This document shows, one piece after another, positions 51,590 through 63,334 of a stretch of DNA of 64,000 bases; the first letter of the stretch is position 1, and each line of letters starts with the position of its first letter. This stretch comes from Mobula hypostoma (taxonomy: Eukaryota). The stretch is from assembly GCF_963921235.1 (NCBI RefSeq), contig NC_086097.1, positions 36,458,001 through 36,522,000 of the forward strand. Direction: 5' to 3'. The notes under the pieces were generated by a model. It did no database searches. It was not told the origin of the DNA and saw only the letters and a program-made list of their open reading frames with translations. Both the position numbers and the translations under genes were made by a program.

Positions 51590-52110
51590 AGGGACTTCTC
51601 TGAGGGTTGGCACCTTGTTGTGGTGGAGAGGCTTGTGAGATTCTGAGATCTCAAGAGTGATGTTTTCTGGAGTTTAGCCATCTGGTACTTAGCACCTGCA
51701 GGGTCACCATGGTGGTAAGGTCAAGGGGGAAGTTCCAGGCAAAGAAGCAATCCAAGCAAAACCTCAGTGGTGGAGCTGGCGGACAACGGCAGCAGTGATG
51801 GAGGAAGGCTGCAGCAGTGAAGGGTCTTCGGTTGACTTGAATTCCATGCCACTGGACCCTGACCTCGGTCTGTCAAGGACTGCGCAGTGGCTGCCCATGC
51901 ATCAGCCTCCCCACTTTAAACGAAGTCAGGCATGGGTATTCTCCATTAAGGAAATCCACCTCGATATTCTGGATTAAGTCCCGTGGCGATCAGCAAGTGG
52001 CAAAGGTGGCAGGTTTGTGAGGTCTGGAAGATGTGGATCCCAGATCAGTCTCTACTGCCACCTGAAAACTCCCCAACGTCAACCCCTTAAGGGAACATCA
52101 CACGCGGCTC
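51590..52110 (+). mobile_element. Probable RTE-clade 5' UTR fragment
   Basis: CACCTTGTTGTGGTGGAGAGGCTTG...AGGGTCACCATGG resembles RTE/BovB-type 5' leaders (recognised from memory). Confidence 0.5.
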
Positions 52111-52124
52111 GAGTGATCTATATT

Positions 52125-52420
52125 ATTTTATTTAAAGTTACAGCGTGGACCAGGCTCTTCTGGCCTACAATGCTGCTCCACCCAGCAAGCTACCTATTTA
52201 AATGTAGCCTAATCACAGGACAATTTACAATGACCAATTAACCCACTAAACGGTATGTTTTTGGAATGTGGGAGGAAACCAGAGCACCCGGAGGAAACCC
52301 ACACACTTGTAGGAACGACATACAAACTTCTTACAGACGGTGCCAGAATTGAAGTCTGAACTTCGATGCCAACAGCTGTAATAGTGATGTATTAACCACT
52401 ACGTGACTGTGGTGCAGAGA
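52125..52420 (-). mobile_element. V-SINE-like tRNA-derived SINE
   Basis: tttggaatgtgggaggaaaccagagcacccggaggaaacccac (V domain on the minus strand) and a tRNA-like head near 52400. Confidence 0.75.
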
Positions 52421-52980
52421 TACACCACTAGCCAATGACGTGCAGAGAAATATGAGTGGTTGAGGTACATGAAAAGACACAGAGCTCGAGGACTAAGGTG
52501 GACTGAGCACAGGTGCTTGGCGAAATGGCTGCCTAGTCTGTACTTAGCCACATTGAGAGCACCGAATGCTGCAGACAACATTAGGGACGTGCAAGTGAAT
52601 CCCCATCTCACTTGGAAGAACTGTTTAGGTTCCTGAATGGTGGTGAGGTAGGAGGCTTAGAGACATGTGTGATCCCTTCTACAGTTGTAGGAAAAATTGC
52701 CTGAAGGTGGCGGGGGGTGGGGGCTTGACAGGCAAAGAGGGATGAGGGAAGGAGGGGAGTCGTGGAGAGTGTGATCCCCACAGAAAGCAAAATTGTGGAG
52801 GAGTAGATGTGAATGGTGGTGGGATTAGGTAGTAGCTGGTGGAAACAGTGAAGAACGACGTGCTGGATGTGGAGATGGTGGGGGAAAGATAAAGACCAAG
52901 GGAGGTGAGCTGCTCTGTCTGGGGAGCTTTGGTACGAGCAGAACTGCTGAAAATGGAGGAGAAATGGATGAGGGAGCCAC
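52420..52980 (-). mobile_element. Degraded Penelope ORF fragment
   Basis: FTCTS...RLGSHFAKHLCSV, similar to the ORF at 47380. Confidence 0.65.
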
Positions 52981-53149
52981 ATTACTGGAACTGCCCATTA
53001 CTGGATCTCTATAGCCCCGGATACTTCCATTGAATTTTGTGTGGCTTTAGTTTCCAAGCCTAAAGATCTTCACACTTAGCTGATAATAATGCAGGTGGAA
53101 CACAGTTCCTCCAAGTTTCCTCATCGGCTGTCTGTTTCTCATAAATCCA

Positions 53150-53435
53150 TGACACGGTCACTGCACCTGCTCTAGTAAGTCGAGTTGATTCTGTGTGGGG
53201 TTTGTCTGTTCTCCGTGTGGCAGTGTGGGTTTCCTCCTGATGCTCTCGTTTCCACCCATGACCTAAAGGTATGTTATTCAAGGGTTAATTGGCTACTCTA
53301 GGTGGGTGGCAGGAGAATCAGAGGAAAGAGAAGGGGTTACTGGGAAACACGTCTGGAGAGTGGGAATGGTGGGATTGATCTGAGGGCTGGTAGAGCCTCA
53401 AGGGGCCGAATAGCTTCCCTTTTACATTGTAATAA
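53150..53435 (+). mobile_element. V-SINE-like element
   Basis: tgtgtggggtttgtctgttctccgtg...gggtttcctcctgatgctctcgtttcc. Confidence 0.6.
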
Positions 53436-53669
53436 AAAAACGAAAAATATGAAGTTTTGGGGATGCTTGATTGGGAATGCACGTTGACACAATCCCACAG
53501 TAGGTAGACGGCCTGTCCAGTACATCAGAGACTGAAACAATGGTGAGTGTAATGGAAACTTTACAAGGTTAGGGATCTGACTTTAGACCACATCAGACTC
53601 TCTGATTCTGTAGCTCTAGGGTCTTCTAATACTATATTATTGTACAATCTGATACATGTTTTGAAATTT

Positions 53670-54040
53670 CCTCACCCTCCCCTCTTCTATTCCCCACTCT
53701 GGCCTCTTATCTCTTCTCACCTGGCTATCACCTCCCTCTGACTCTCCTCCTTGTTCCCTTTCTCCCATGGTCCACTCTCCTCTCCTATCAGATTCCTTTC
53801 TCTCCAGCCCTTCACCTTTCCTACCCACTTGGCTTCACCTATCACCTCTAGCTATCCTTCCCCTCCCCCAGGCTTTTTATTCCAGCACCTTCCCATTTCC
53901 TTTCCAGACCTCAAGAAGTATCTCAGCATGAAACTATTTATTATTTTCCATAGACGCTGCCTGATCTGCTGAGTTCCCCTCCAGCATTTTGTGTGCATTG
54001 CTTTCGATTTCCAGCATCTGCAGGATTTTTGGTGTTTAAA
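53670..54040 (+). mobile_element. Older Penelope-like 3' fragment
   Basis: Pyrimidine tract, then gctgcctgatctgctgagttcc...ttccagcatctgca. Confidence 0.65.
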
Positions 54041-54359
54041 AATAAAGTGGTCTAACTTGAATAGTCAGTGTCACCTATATGAGGCCGAGAGATGCAACTT
54101 GAATTGAGCTGATTAAAGAAACGAAGTTTCAACCTTGTATAGTGCTGTTTACATTGTCAGGTTATCGTAAAGTGAATTGTAGACAATGAATTCCATATGA
54201 AATATAATCAGTCTGTGTTTAGAGTCAAAACAGCAATGAATTTACTTACACCATGGCCTTACAATCATCAATAAAGTGATAAGTTAGTTATATGTTTACA
54301 ATGGAGTTCAGTGAAGGATATGTGTTGGTCAGGGCACCAGAAATATTCATTATAGTCAT

Positions 54360-55015
54360 TGTTAAATATCAGTAAGACCAAAGAACTGATTGTGGACTTC
54401 AGAAAGGGTAAACGAGGGAACACACACTAGTCCTCATAGAGAGATCAGAAATGGGAAAAGTGACCAATTTCAAATTTCTGTGTGTCAGCATCTCTGAGGA
54501 TCAATTCTGGGCCCAACATATCAATGCAAAGAAGGCAAGACAACAGCTGTAGTTCAATAGGAATTTGAGGAGATCTGAAATGTCACTGTGTCATTGTCTG
54601 ACTGTCTGGTATGGGCAGTGGGGGTGGGGAGGAGCTACTCGACAGGGTCAATATAAACTGTAGGGAGTTGTAAACTTTAGTCAGCTCCATAGTATCCAGA
54701 ACATCTTCAAGGAGTGATGCCTCAAAAAGGCAGCATTCATCTTTAAGGACTGTCATCACCCATGACATGCCCTATTCTCATCAGGCAGGAGGTACAGGAG
54801 ACTAAAGGCACACACTCAATGATTCAGGAACAGCTTATTCCCCTCTGCCATCTGATTTCTGAACCCATGAACGCTACCTCACTACTTTAAAACATATATT
54901 TTCACACTACTTATTTAACTAATTCAGATTTGTTCTCAATTATTCTGTATTGCATCGTACTGCTGCCACAAAGACAACAAATTTCATGACATACATATGC
55001 CTATGATATTAAACA
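54360..55015 (+). mobile_element. Degraded Rex1/Babar-type LINE 3' fragment
   Basis: [13 protein letters not shown] motif. Homologous to the reverse complement of 60940-61740. Confidence 0.8.
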
Positions 55016-56854
55016 TCAGTTTTTTTTTGCAATGCTTTTATGTGCACATGATGAAACTCCAGTTCAACACGTGAATCTGAGCCAGGCTCCGGTCACGAAG
55101 AAGAGGTGTGAGAGGAGAATGAGGACGCATGACTTGTCCTGCTGAAGAGAAGCAACCCTCCCACACCACATCTCTTCTCCTTTAGGAAAGCGAGGTGCTC
55201 ACACGTAGCTTCTCACTGCCCATGCAGGAGAGCAGTCTGCAACTGTTACGTTGTAGAGGACATCTTTCCCTGTGTCCATTCGGAGTAATACTCTGTTCAC
55301 AGATGGTGTCTTGTTGCTTAATGAGGACAGCGATCTGTTTGTATGTAGCTTGATATCTTTGTAGAGCATCTCTCAGCTGCATGAGGACGTCAAGTGCTCC
55401 ACCGTGGCACATTGCTCCTCTTTGAGAGCTTCAAACTGCTGCTGTGTGCAAGAAACCAAATCTCTTGCTGAATCAGTGTGAGACTGCATGGAAAATGCAA
55501 GATTTCATGTGGCTTCCACCTGTGTATCTACTACAGCTATTACCCGAACCAGTAAGGTGTGAATGGATTGTCACTGAAACCTTACAGAGAAGAGGGCATT
55601 GCTCTCGAGGTGAAGTCACAGTCTCCCAGTTGTCCGCAGCCACAAGAGCTTGGCAATGAATACTCCGCACTATATGTTATCTCCTATATTCATGCACGCA
55701 GGCTGACAACGTGCTGATTCCTTGCAGAGCCAGTCTGTGAGATAAGGCTGTGATGTGTCGGGTGTCGTCATCTCCATTATTCTTCTCTGCCCCAGTGTCT
55801 TCTGCCTCTCTGCCGGGTTTCTTCGTATTTTGTGTTCAGAGAAACACAGCCTGTCCCCACACAAAACAGAAGGCAGTTCTATTTGAGAGCTGTTCCCTAA
55901 GCACCTCAGTGGTGTTTCAGCAGTAGAGCAGGTGGTAATGGGTATGTACACCGCTTATCAAACCAAACAGATGGAGGAATCACGATGAAATATTATTAAT
56001 ATGTGTCCAGAGAGTTCTTCTATCCTCAACTTATGAGGTCAGATAAACGTGGTGAGCCCATGCAGATGAGCATGTCTTCCTGTGGCCTGAGGTGAGGCGA
56101 GGTGAGGTTCACTTGTGAGGATCTCCCTCATGTAGGTGGCTTCCCACTTAATGGTCACTTTCTTTGCCCAACTGGAGTAGGTTACAGACATTGGGCAAAT
56201 ATTTCATTTTGGAGGCTTAATCTCCGTATTACACAAGTTGTGGAGGTAGATTGCTATTGGTCGTTTAAGGGCGGAGGGGTGTGGGAGAGGGGAGTGAGCA
56301 TGAGGAAAAATTTGTTTGGTTAAGTTTGTGACTGTGACTGTATAAGAGAACAATATTTTATGGGCTGTGTAGATGACACACGTTGTGAGATTATTCAGTC
56401 GTAGAATGATACAGCACAGAAGTAGGCCTTGCTGCCCATCGGGTATCCATCTATACTAATCCCTTTCCCAGTGCTTGGTCTGTAGCCTTAGTGATTCATG
56501 CACTGATCCAGATACTTTTTGAATGTAATGAGACTATCCCTCTCCATCACCTTCTCAGAGGGGGTGTCCCAGATTACAACCATCTTCTGAGTGATAGTTT
56601 CACTTAAAACCCCTCTAATTCTCTTACTTTTTGCCTTAAACCAATGTGCTGTGGGTCTAGACATCTTTGCTTTGGGTAGCTTTTCTCTGCATCCATCCCT
56701 CTCAAAGTTGTATGGGAAGCCTCCACTTTACCGTCTCCAGTGCATTTGTACCCTTATAGTGTGGCAACCAGAATGGCACACAAATAAACAAAGTGCCATT
56801 CTCACAACACGCTGGAGGAACTCAGCAGGTCGGGCAGCATCCGTGGAAAAGATC

Positions 56855-56890
56855 GGTCGACGTTTCGGGCCAGAACCCTTCGTCAGGGCT
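56855..56890 (-). ncRNA. Minimal hammerhead ribozyme motif (core intact, stem I weakened)
   Basis: Minus strand reads AGCC-CTGACGA-AGGGTTCTGGCCC-GAAA-CG-TC-GACC. Confidence 0.6.
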
Positions 56891-57155
56891 GTAGAGGGAA
56901 GGGGCAGAGTCCCTATAAAGAAGGTGGGGGGAGGGTGGGAAGGAGAAGGCTGGTAGGTTCCAGGTGAAAAACCAGTAAGGGGAAAGATAAAGGGGTGCGG
57001 GAGGGGAAGCAGGGAGGTGATAGGCAGGAAGGGTGAAGAAAGTATAGGGGAAAACACAATGGGTAGTAGAAGAAGGCAGAATCAAGAGGGAGGTGGTAGG
57101 CAGCCGGGGGAGGAGGCAGAGTGACATAGGGATAGGGGAAAGGAGGGGGAGGGAA

Positions 57156-57581
57156 CTACCGGAAGTTGGAGAATTCTATGTTCATACCAAGGGGCTGGAG
57201 ACTACCTAGGCGGTATATGAGGTGTTGCTCCTCCAACCTGAGTTTAGCCTCATCATGGCAGTAGAGGAGGCCATGTATGGACATATCTGAATGGGAATGG
57301 GAAGCAGAGTTGAAGTGGGTGGCTACCGGGAGATCCTGTCTGTTTTGGCGGACGGAGCGGAGGTGCTCGACGAAGTGGCCCCCCGATCTGCATTGGGTTT
57401 CACCGATGTAGAGGAGGCCGCACCGGGAGCACCGGATACAATAGATGACCCCAACAGACTCACAAGTGAAGTGTTGCCTCACCTGGAAGGACTGTTTGGG
57501 GCCCTGAATGGTGGCAAGAGAGGAGGTGTAGGGACAGGTGTAGCACTTACGCTTACAGGGATAAGTGCCGGGTGGGAGCAA
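57156..57581 (-). CDS. Penelope Zn-finger linker and GIY-YIG endonuclease (partial)
   Basis: GTYPCKRKCYTCPY...GVIYCIRCSRCGLLYIGET...GMNIEFSNFR. Confidence 0.9.
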   Translation of the reverse strand: MLPPGTYPCKRKCYTCPYTSSLATIQGPKQSFQVRQHFTCESVGVIYCIRCSRCGLLYIGETQCRSGGHFVEHLRSVRQNRQDLPVATHFNSASHSHSDMSIHGLLYCHDEAKLRLEEQHLIYRLGSLQPLGMNIEFSNFR

Positions 57582-59689
57582 CTAACAAAGTGCCATGGTT
57601 TCTGTATTCTTTGATAATTTCTTTGGACATAATTTCAAGATCGAGGAATGAGATCTCCTTCTGACCATAAGACATGAGAGCTGAATTAGGCTGTTCAGCC
57701 CATGGAGTCCACTCTGCCATTCAGTTATGACTGATTTATTTTCCATTTCAAACCCATTAACCTGCCTTCTCCCTGCAACCTCGATGCCCTTAGTAATCAA
57801 GAACCTATCAAACTCCACTTTAAGTATACCTGATGGTCACTTTGACTTAAATTTCACTTATGAGGAATCTTTTAGTGAACCTGAGAATTGTCATCCTTTC
57901 CTCTGCCACCTCTCTCTCCTCTGTAGGAGCCAGAGGAAATTTATTTTAACAAAATATTGTGAGCTATGAGAACTGGAGAGTTTCTAATCCAAGGCCACAA
58001 TCAATGGAAAATTAAAGTTGTTTTGCATTAGACACGATAAATACAATGATCTACATGTTGCGTCAAGGCCATCATGAAAAAAGTGTATATCTTGTATGAC
58101 AGATATAATTAAGGGATTAGAACAGCTATATACAATAAGAGAAAAAACAGGGGATGGTGAGCATAGGATAAAATTTAATATGATCAGGAAGTTAATATGC
58201 ACTGAGGGGCATATGTGGTTTTAAAAAAAGATAAATTTAAGTGAGGGTTAGCAGGACCACATAGATTGTGAATGGCCATTCAGAATTACTTCACTATAAA
58301 CTAAGGGGACATCTTTAACAGTGTAATGCTGAGCACTGGAAATAAAACCTCCCAAAACTAGCAAGCTCAAGATAAACAAATGTGGCTATAAATGGATAAA
58401 TGAACAAATCTATAATATGATAAAAAGGCGATTATTTTTTTCCCCCTGAATGGAAGACAGTTACTTGAAGTAATCTGTCAGAATAAAAGGATATGCTAAA
58501 ATGGTGATGACATTTGAAGAAGTGGGAGAGAGAAAAATGCTAAAGCATAAGTTGAATAAAACTTTTATACCAGAAGATTTAGATGTACAGATGAGGTTTT
58601 TTAAAAAAGCTGCAAGCAAGCTCACAACTCCAGATAAGCATCAGACAGCAAATATTTTGAAAAACCTCTTCCTCCAACACAATAAGTACTTTATAAGTAT
58701 CATGTGAACCCTGACTGTCCCTCTCCCAAAACAGTAATTATGTCCGGTCTGCCATATGACCCCTGTTTGCATTTTAAAGGGTCCGCCTATTGAAACTGAC
58801 AGGTGTTATGGCTGCTTGTGGTGAGCCTTATTGAAAATGTTTGTTGCCTGACTGTTAGTGGGGTTAGAGGGGCAGGAAGGCCAAACATTCTATTTCTTGC
58901 CCCACTGTTACCACAAATTTTCCTGAGAAAAATTGTTTCCAAAATATGGTCAATGTGTGCATTATACCTCCTACACAAACATAGGTGAAAATCAATGGAA
59001 TCCACTTGGAAACAGTTGGCAGCTGGAAAAGAGGGGACAGGAAAAATATTAGATCAATTTGGATAGTGAATCAAGGTGATCTAATGGTTAATCATATTTA
59101 CTATTACTCAATGATTTTAGAAAAACTGATTGCCTTAATTGTCCAATAATCCTCTCAGAACATTATTTTAAGCATATGTTTGACCATCAGTTTCTTCCTT
59201 TCAGTACAAACCCTAAATGCCGTAAATTTCCCTACTTGGAGTGTATTACACTCATTGTTGAGTCACTCCCTCCCTGCTGAAAGTGATAATTTCTTAGAAA
59301 ATTATTTTTATCTTTTATTTGTCCTCTTGATAACTGGAACAAATAATGAATTGGGCTCCATTCAAGGGTATTTTAACAACCAACTTTGATGAGATGTTTG
59401 AAAAATAAGATTTCTTCTGTAAGAAGTTGTAGCTGAAACTTTGAGATATGGTCTTTTGTTCCAACCATGTTTTCAAAATGAATCTGCTTAACGTCACACA
59501 ATCTTCACAAGTGCCAATGTCACAGCAATTTTTTGAATCATGGCCAATGTTTCCCATACTGCATTCAATAGTTTATGCTTTCTCCTCTGCCTATTAAAGT
59601 TAATAAAGAGGTCAATAAATAACCAAGCAGAAAATCCTGAGTTTGGACCACTGAAACATCTCCTTTGTGATAAGGTGTACACAATTATG

Positions 59690-60030
59690 AGAGGTTTAGA
59701 TAGGGTAAATGCAAGCAGGCTTTTTCTACTGACGTTGGGTGAGACTAGAACTAGTGGCTATGTGTTATGGGTGAAAGGTGAAATGTTTAAGAGGAACATG
59801 AGTGAGAATTTCTTTATCAGATTGTGGAATGAGCTGCCAGCACAAGAGGTGGATTTGGGTCGATTTCAACATTTAAGAGAATTTTGGATGGGTACATGGA
59901 CGGAATTGGTATGGAAGGCTATAGTCCAGGTGCACATCAATAGGCAGATTAACAGTTTGTCTTAGACTAGATAGGCTGAAGGACATATTTCTCTGCTATG
60001 GTGTTCTGTGACTTCAATGACTTCTATGTG
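59690..60030 (+). mobile_element. CR1 3' fragment
   Basis: VYTIMRGLDRVNASRLF...RLWNELP. Confidence 0.8.
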
Positions 60031-60644
60031 TGGTTAGCAATTCAAAGCTAATCTTCACAGCATTTGAATTCAGGAACAACTAAAAAGGTTTGACCTTTGA
60101 CCTCCCAACCATCTTACTTGTGTAAACAAAGAACCAATTTGCTTTTAGGATTCTCCAAATATCATAGGAATTCAGCACCTTTGAGCAATCAGAGAATATT
60201 AACAGAAGTTTCTGCATTTCCTGATACTCTCAGTTGTACTAAGATGGCATGTTCAGTTGTATTCTACTTATCGTACAAAAATGACACATTTGGTCTGTGT
60301 GTCTTAGGTTTCTTGACCTTCGATGATTCACTGTGCTAAATGGTGGGTGGACATTTAACAAAGAAAAAAGATTTAAATCATTTGCGTTCATTACATTGTT
60401 GAATAAAAGTAACTGAGTACTCTGACTAAAATCAAGATTGTTGTCACCTTTTAGACAAGAGTGCAGATGGCCTTTTATTTAGGTTAATACTTTGGTATTT
60501 GATTAGGATTAACAGGATTTATAGATTTGTTTTCCATCTGAGCACTTGATATTGACATAACAAAGCCATTATTCTGGAAGCTTGGAAATAGAAACTTCGA
60601 TTTACCAATTATTTCCTCCATTTGCTCTGTACCGATTGAATTGT

Positions 60645-60934
60645 ACCCATGATAAAACAACACCAACATCGACGGATAGGTCATCTCATCCGGATGCTTA
60701 ACTCACGTCTTCCCAACCAGACCCTTCATTCCCAGTTGAAGGAAGGTCAGCAAGCTCCTGGTGGGCAAAGGAAGCGTTTCAAGGATAAACCAAAATCAGC
60801 CCAAAGAAATTCAACATTACATCTAAAATCTGGAAAGACATTGCATTCAATAGGAGCACCTGGAGGGGATTTGTTCAAGAATGAGCTGTGCTACGTGAGG
60901 ATGATCCCTGCTGTACCATGGCAGCTGCAGAAGG
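60645..60934 (+). mobile_element. RTE ORF C-terminal fragment
   Basis: GHLIRMLNSRLPNQTLHSQLKEG...GGQRKRFKD. Confidence 0.75.
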
Positions 60935-61354
60935 AATCAGAATCAGAATCAGGTTTATTGTCACCGGCACGTGACGTGAAATTTGTTAACTTAGCAGCAG
61001 CAGTTCAATGCAATACATAATCTAGCAGAGACAGAGAAAAATAATAATAATAAATAAAATAAAACATAATAAATAAACAAGTAAATCAAATACGTATATT
61101 GAATAGATTTTTTTTTAATGTGCAAAAACAGAAATACTGTATATTAAAAATGTGAGGTAGTGTCCAAAGCTTCAATGTCCATTTAGGAATCAGATGGCAG
61201 AGGGGAAGAAGCTGTTCCTGAATTGCTGAGTGTGTGCTTTCAGGCTTCTAGATCTCCTGCCTGATGGTAACTGTAAGAAAAGGGCATGCCCTGGGTGCTA
61301 GAGGTCCTTAATAATGGACACTGCCTTTCTGAGACACCGCTCCCTAAAAATGTC

Positions 61355-62121
61355 CTAGGTACTTTGTAGGCTAGTACCCAAGATGGAGCTGACTAGATTT
61401 ACAACCTTCTGCAGCTTCTTTCGGTCCTGTGCAGTAGCCCCTCCATACCAGACAGTGATGCAGCCTGTCAGAATGCTCTCCATGGTGCAACTATAGACGT
61501 TTTTGAGTGTATTTGTTGACATGCCCATTCTCTTCAAACTCCTAATAAAGTATAGCTGCTGTCTTGCCTTCTTTATGACTACATCAATACGTTGGGACCA
61601 GGTTAGATCCTCAGAGATCTTGACACCCAGGAACTTGAAGCTGCTCACTCTCTCCACTTCTGATCCCTCTATAAGGATTTGTATGTGTTCCTTTGTCTTA
61701 CCCTTCCTGAAGTCCACAATCAGCTCTTTTGTCTTACTGACGCTGAGTGCCGGGTTGTTGCTGTGGCACCACTCCACTCGTTGGCATACCTCACTCCTGT
61801 ACGCCCTCTCATCACCACCTGAGATTCTACCAACAAAGGCTGTATCGTCAGCAAATTTGTAGAAGGTATTTGAGCTATGCCTAGCCACACAGTCATGTGT
61901 ATAGAGAGAGTAGAGTAGTGGGCTAAGCACACACCTCTGAGGTGCACCAGTGTTGATTGTCAGCGAGGAGGATATGTTTTCACCAATCTGCACAGACTGT
62001 GGTCTTCTGGTCAGGAAGTCGAGGATCCAATTGCAGACAGAGGTACAGAAGCCCAGGTTCTGCAACTTCTCAATCAGGATTGTGGGAATGATGGTACTAA
62101 ATGCTGAGCTATAGTTGATGA
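61355..62121 (-). CDS. Rex1/Babar RT C-terminal fragment
   Basis: ORF 61355..62146 with FADD. Its first residues come from the inserted SINE. Confidence 0.8.
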
Positions 62122-62363
62122 GACCTGGCTGGTGGCGTAGTGGCATCAGTACCGGACTTCAGGACGAAAGGTCCCAAGTTCGAATCCAGCTGGCTCCCCT
62201 GCATACTTTCCATCCGTGCTGGGTTATGAGCTGGTGATCTCATCCAGCAGAAGGCAATGGAAAACCACTGTTGTAACTTGCCTCGTACACTGTTCCCCAC
62301 TATGTTAGAGAGGCGTGGAGGGAAATCATCCGCTAACTGGAGAAACACCGGATGCAACGTACA
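62122..62363 (+). mobile_element. tRNA-derived SINE with an RTE-derived segment, inserted in the Rex1-type LINE
   Basis: TSD TATAGT(T/C)GATGA (62110-62121, 62364-62375). A box TGGCGTAGTGG, B box GTTCGAATC, and GAAGGCAATGGAAAACCAC motif. Confidence 0.85.
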
Positions 62364-62823
62364 TATAGTCGATGAACAGCATCCTGGCGTAAGTGTTGGT
62401 ATTGTCTAGGTGGTCTAAAGCCATTTGGAACCCGATTGAGATTACATCTGCCATTGACCTATTGTGGCGATGGGCAAATTGCAATGGGTCCGGGTCCTTG
62501 CTGAGACAGGAGTTCAGTCTAGTCATAACCAACCTCTCAAAGCATTTCATCACTGTTGATGCAAGTGCTACCGGGCAATATTTATTAAGGCGGCCCACAT
62601 TATTCTTCTTCGGCGCTGGTATAATGTTGTCTTTTTGAAGCAAGTGGGAACTTCTGTCCATAGCAGTGAGAGGTTGAAAATGTCCTTGAACTCTCACGCT
62701 AATTGGTTGGCACAGGTTTTCAGAGCCTTACCAGGTACTCCATCAGGACCTTCTGCCTTACGAGGGTTCACTCTCTTTAAAGTCAGTTTAACATCGGCCT
62801 CTGAGACAGAGGTCACATAGCAT

Positions 62824-63334
62824 TTTAGTGTGACTGGGAAGCAACAGGCAAACTTGCTTTGAACTTGGTCGGGTTTCCTTTACATTCTCAATCTGCCTAT
62901 TCAAGTCTACCCAATAAGTAATTGACAGAGAAGGAGAGAATAATCAACCAAAAGACCTGACTACTATCCACAGTCACCCTTTACTCTTGCCCACACTAAG
63001 CCACAATATGTGGATCCAGGATAAGCCTCTACATCCACCTGAGGAACCACCGATAGACAACCCCTTAGGAGAACATCGTACACGACTCAAATAATCTGAC
63101 TACTACTACTTTGTAATTTTCATAAATTTATAAATTCTCAAAAGATGGACAGATATTGATGATATGCTTGCACTTTAGACTTCTGGACAATAAAATTAAC
63201 ATTTGAGCAATGTAAAATGTGACACACGACAGTTTAGTGTTACTGGGAAGCGACAGGTAACTTGGCTTTGAACTCGGTCGGGTTTCGTTCACATTCTCGG
63301 TTTGCCTGTTCACATTTACCCAACAAGCAATTGA
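62824..63334 (+). repeat. Diverged direct duplication of ~100 bp (62824-62925 / 63233-63334)
   Basis: TTTAGTGT.ACTGGGAAGC.ACAGG...GCTTTGAACT.GGTCGGGTTTC...ACCCAA.AAG.AATTGA is present in both copies. Confidence 0.85.

Larger units (their letters stand above)
56800..57583 (-). mobile_element. 5'-truncated Penelope-like element following a CR1 3' fragment (56390-56790)
   Basis: TSD AACAAAGTGCCAT (56787-56799, 57584-57596). Confidence 0.92.
60935..62817 (-). mobile_element. Rex1/Babar-type LINE, 5'-truncated
   Basis: (CTGATT)n tail. [53 protein letters not shown]. Confidence 0.92.

Noticed and set aside
62122..62200. tRNA gene
   Set aside because: The tRNA-like head continues into a SINE body bounded by a TSD.
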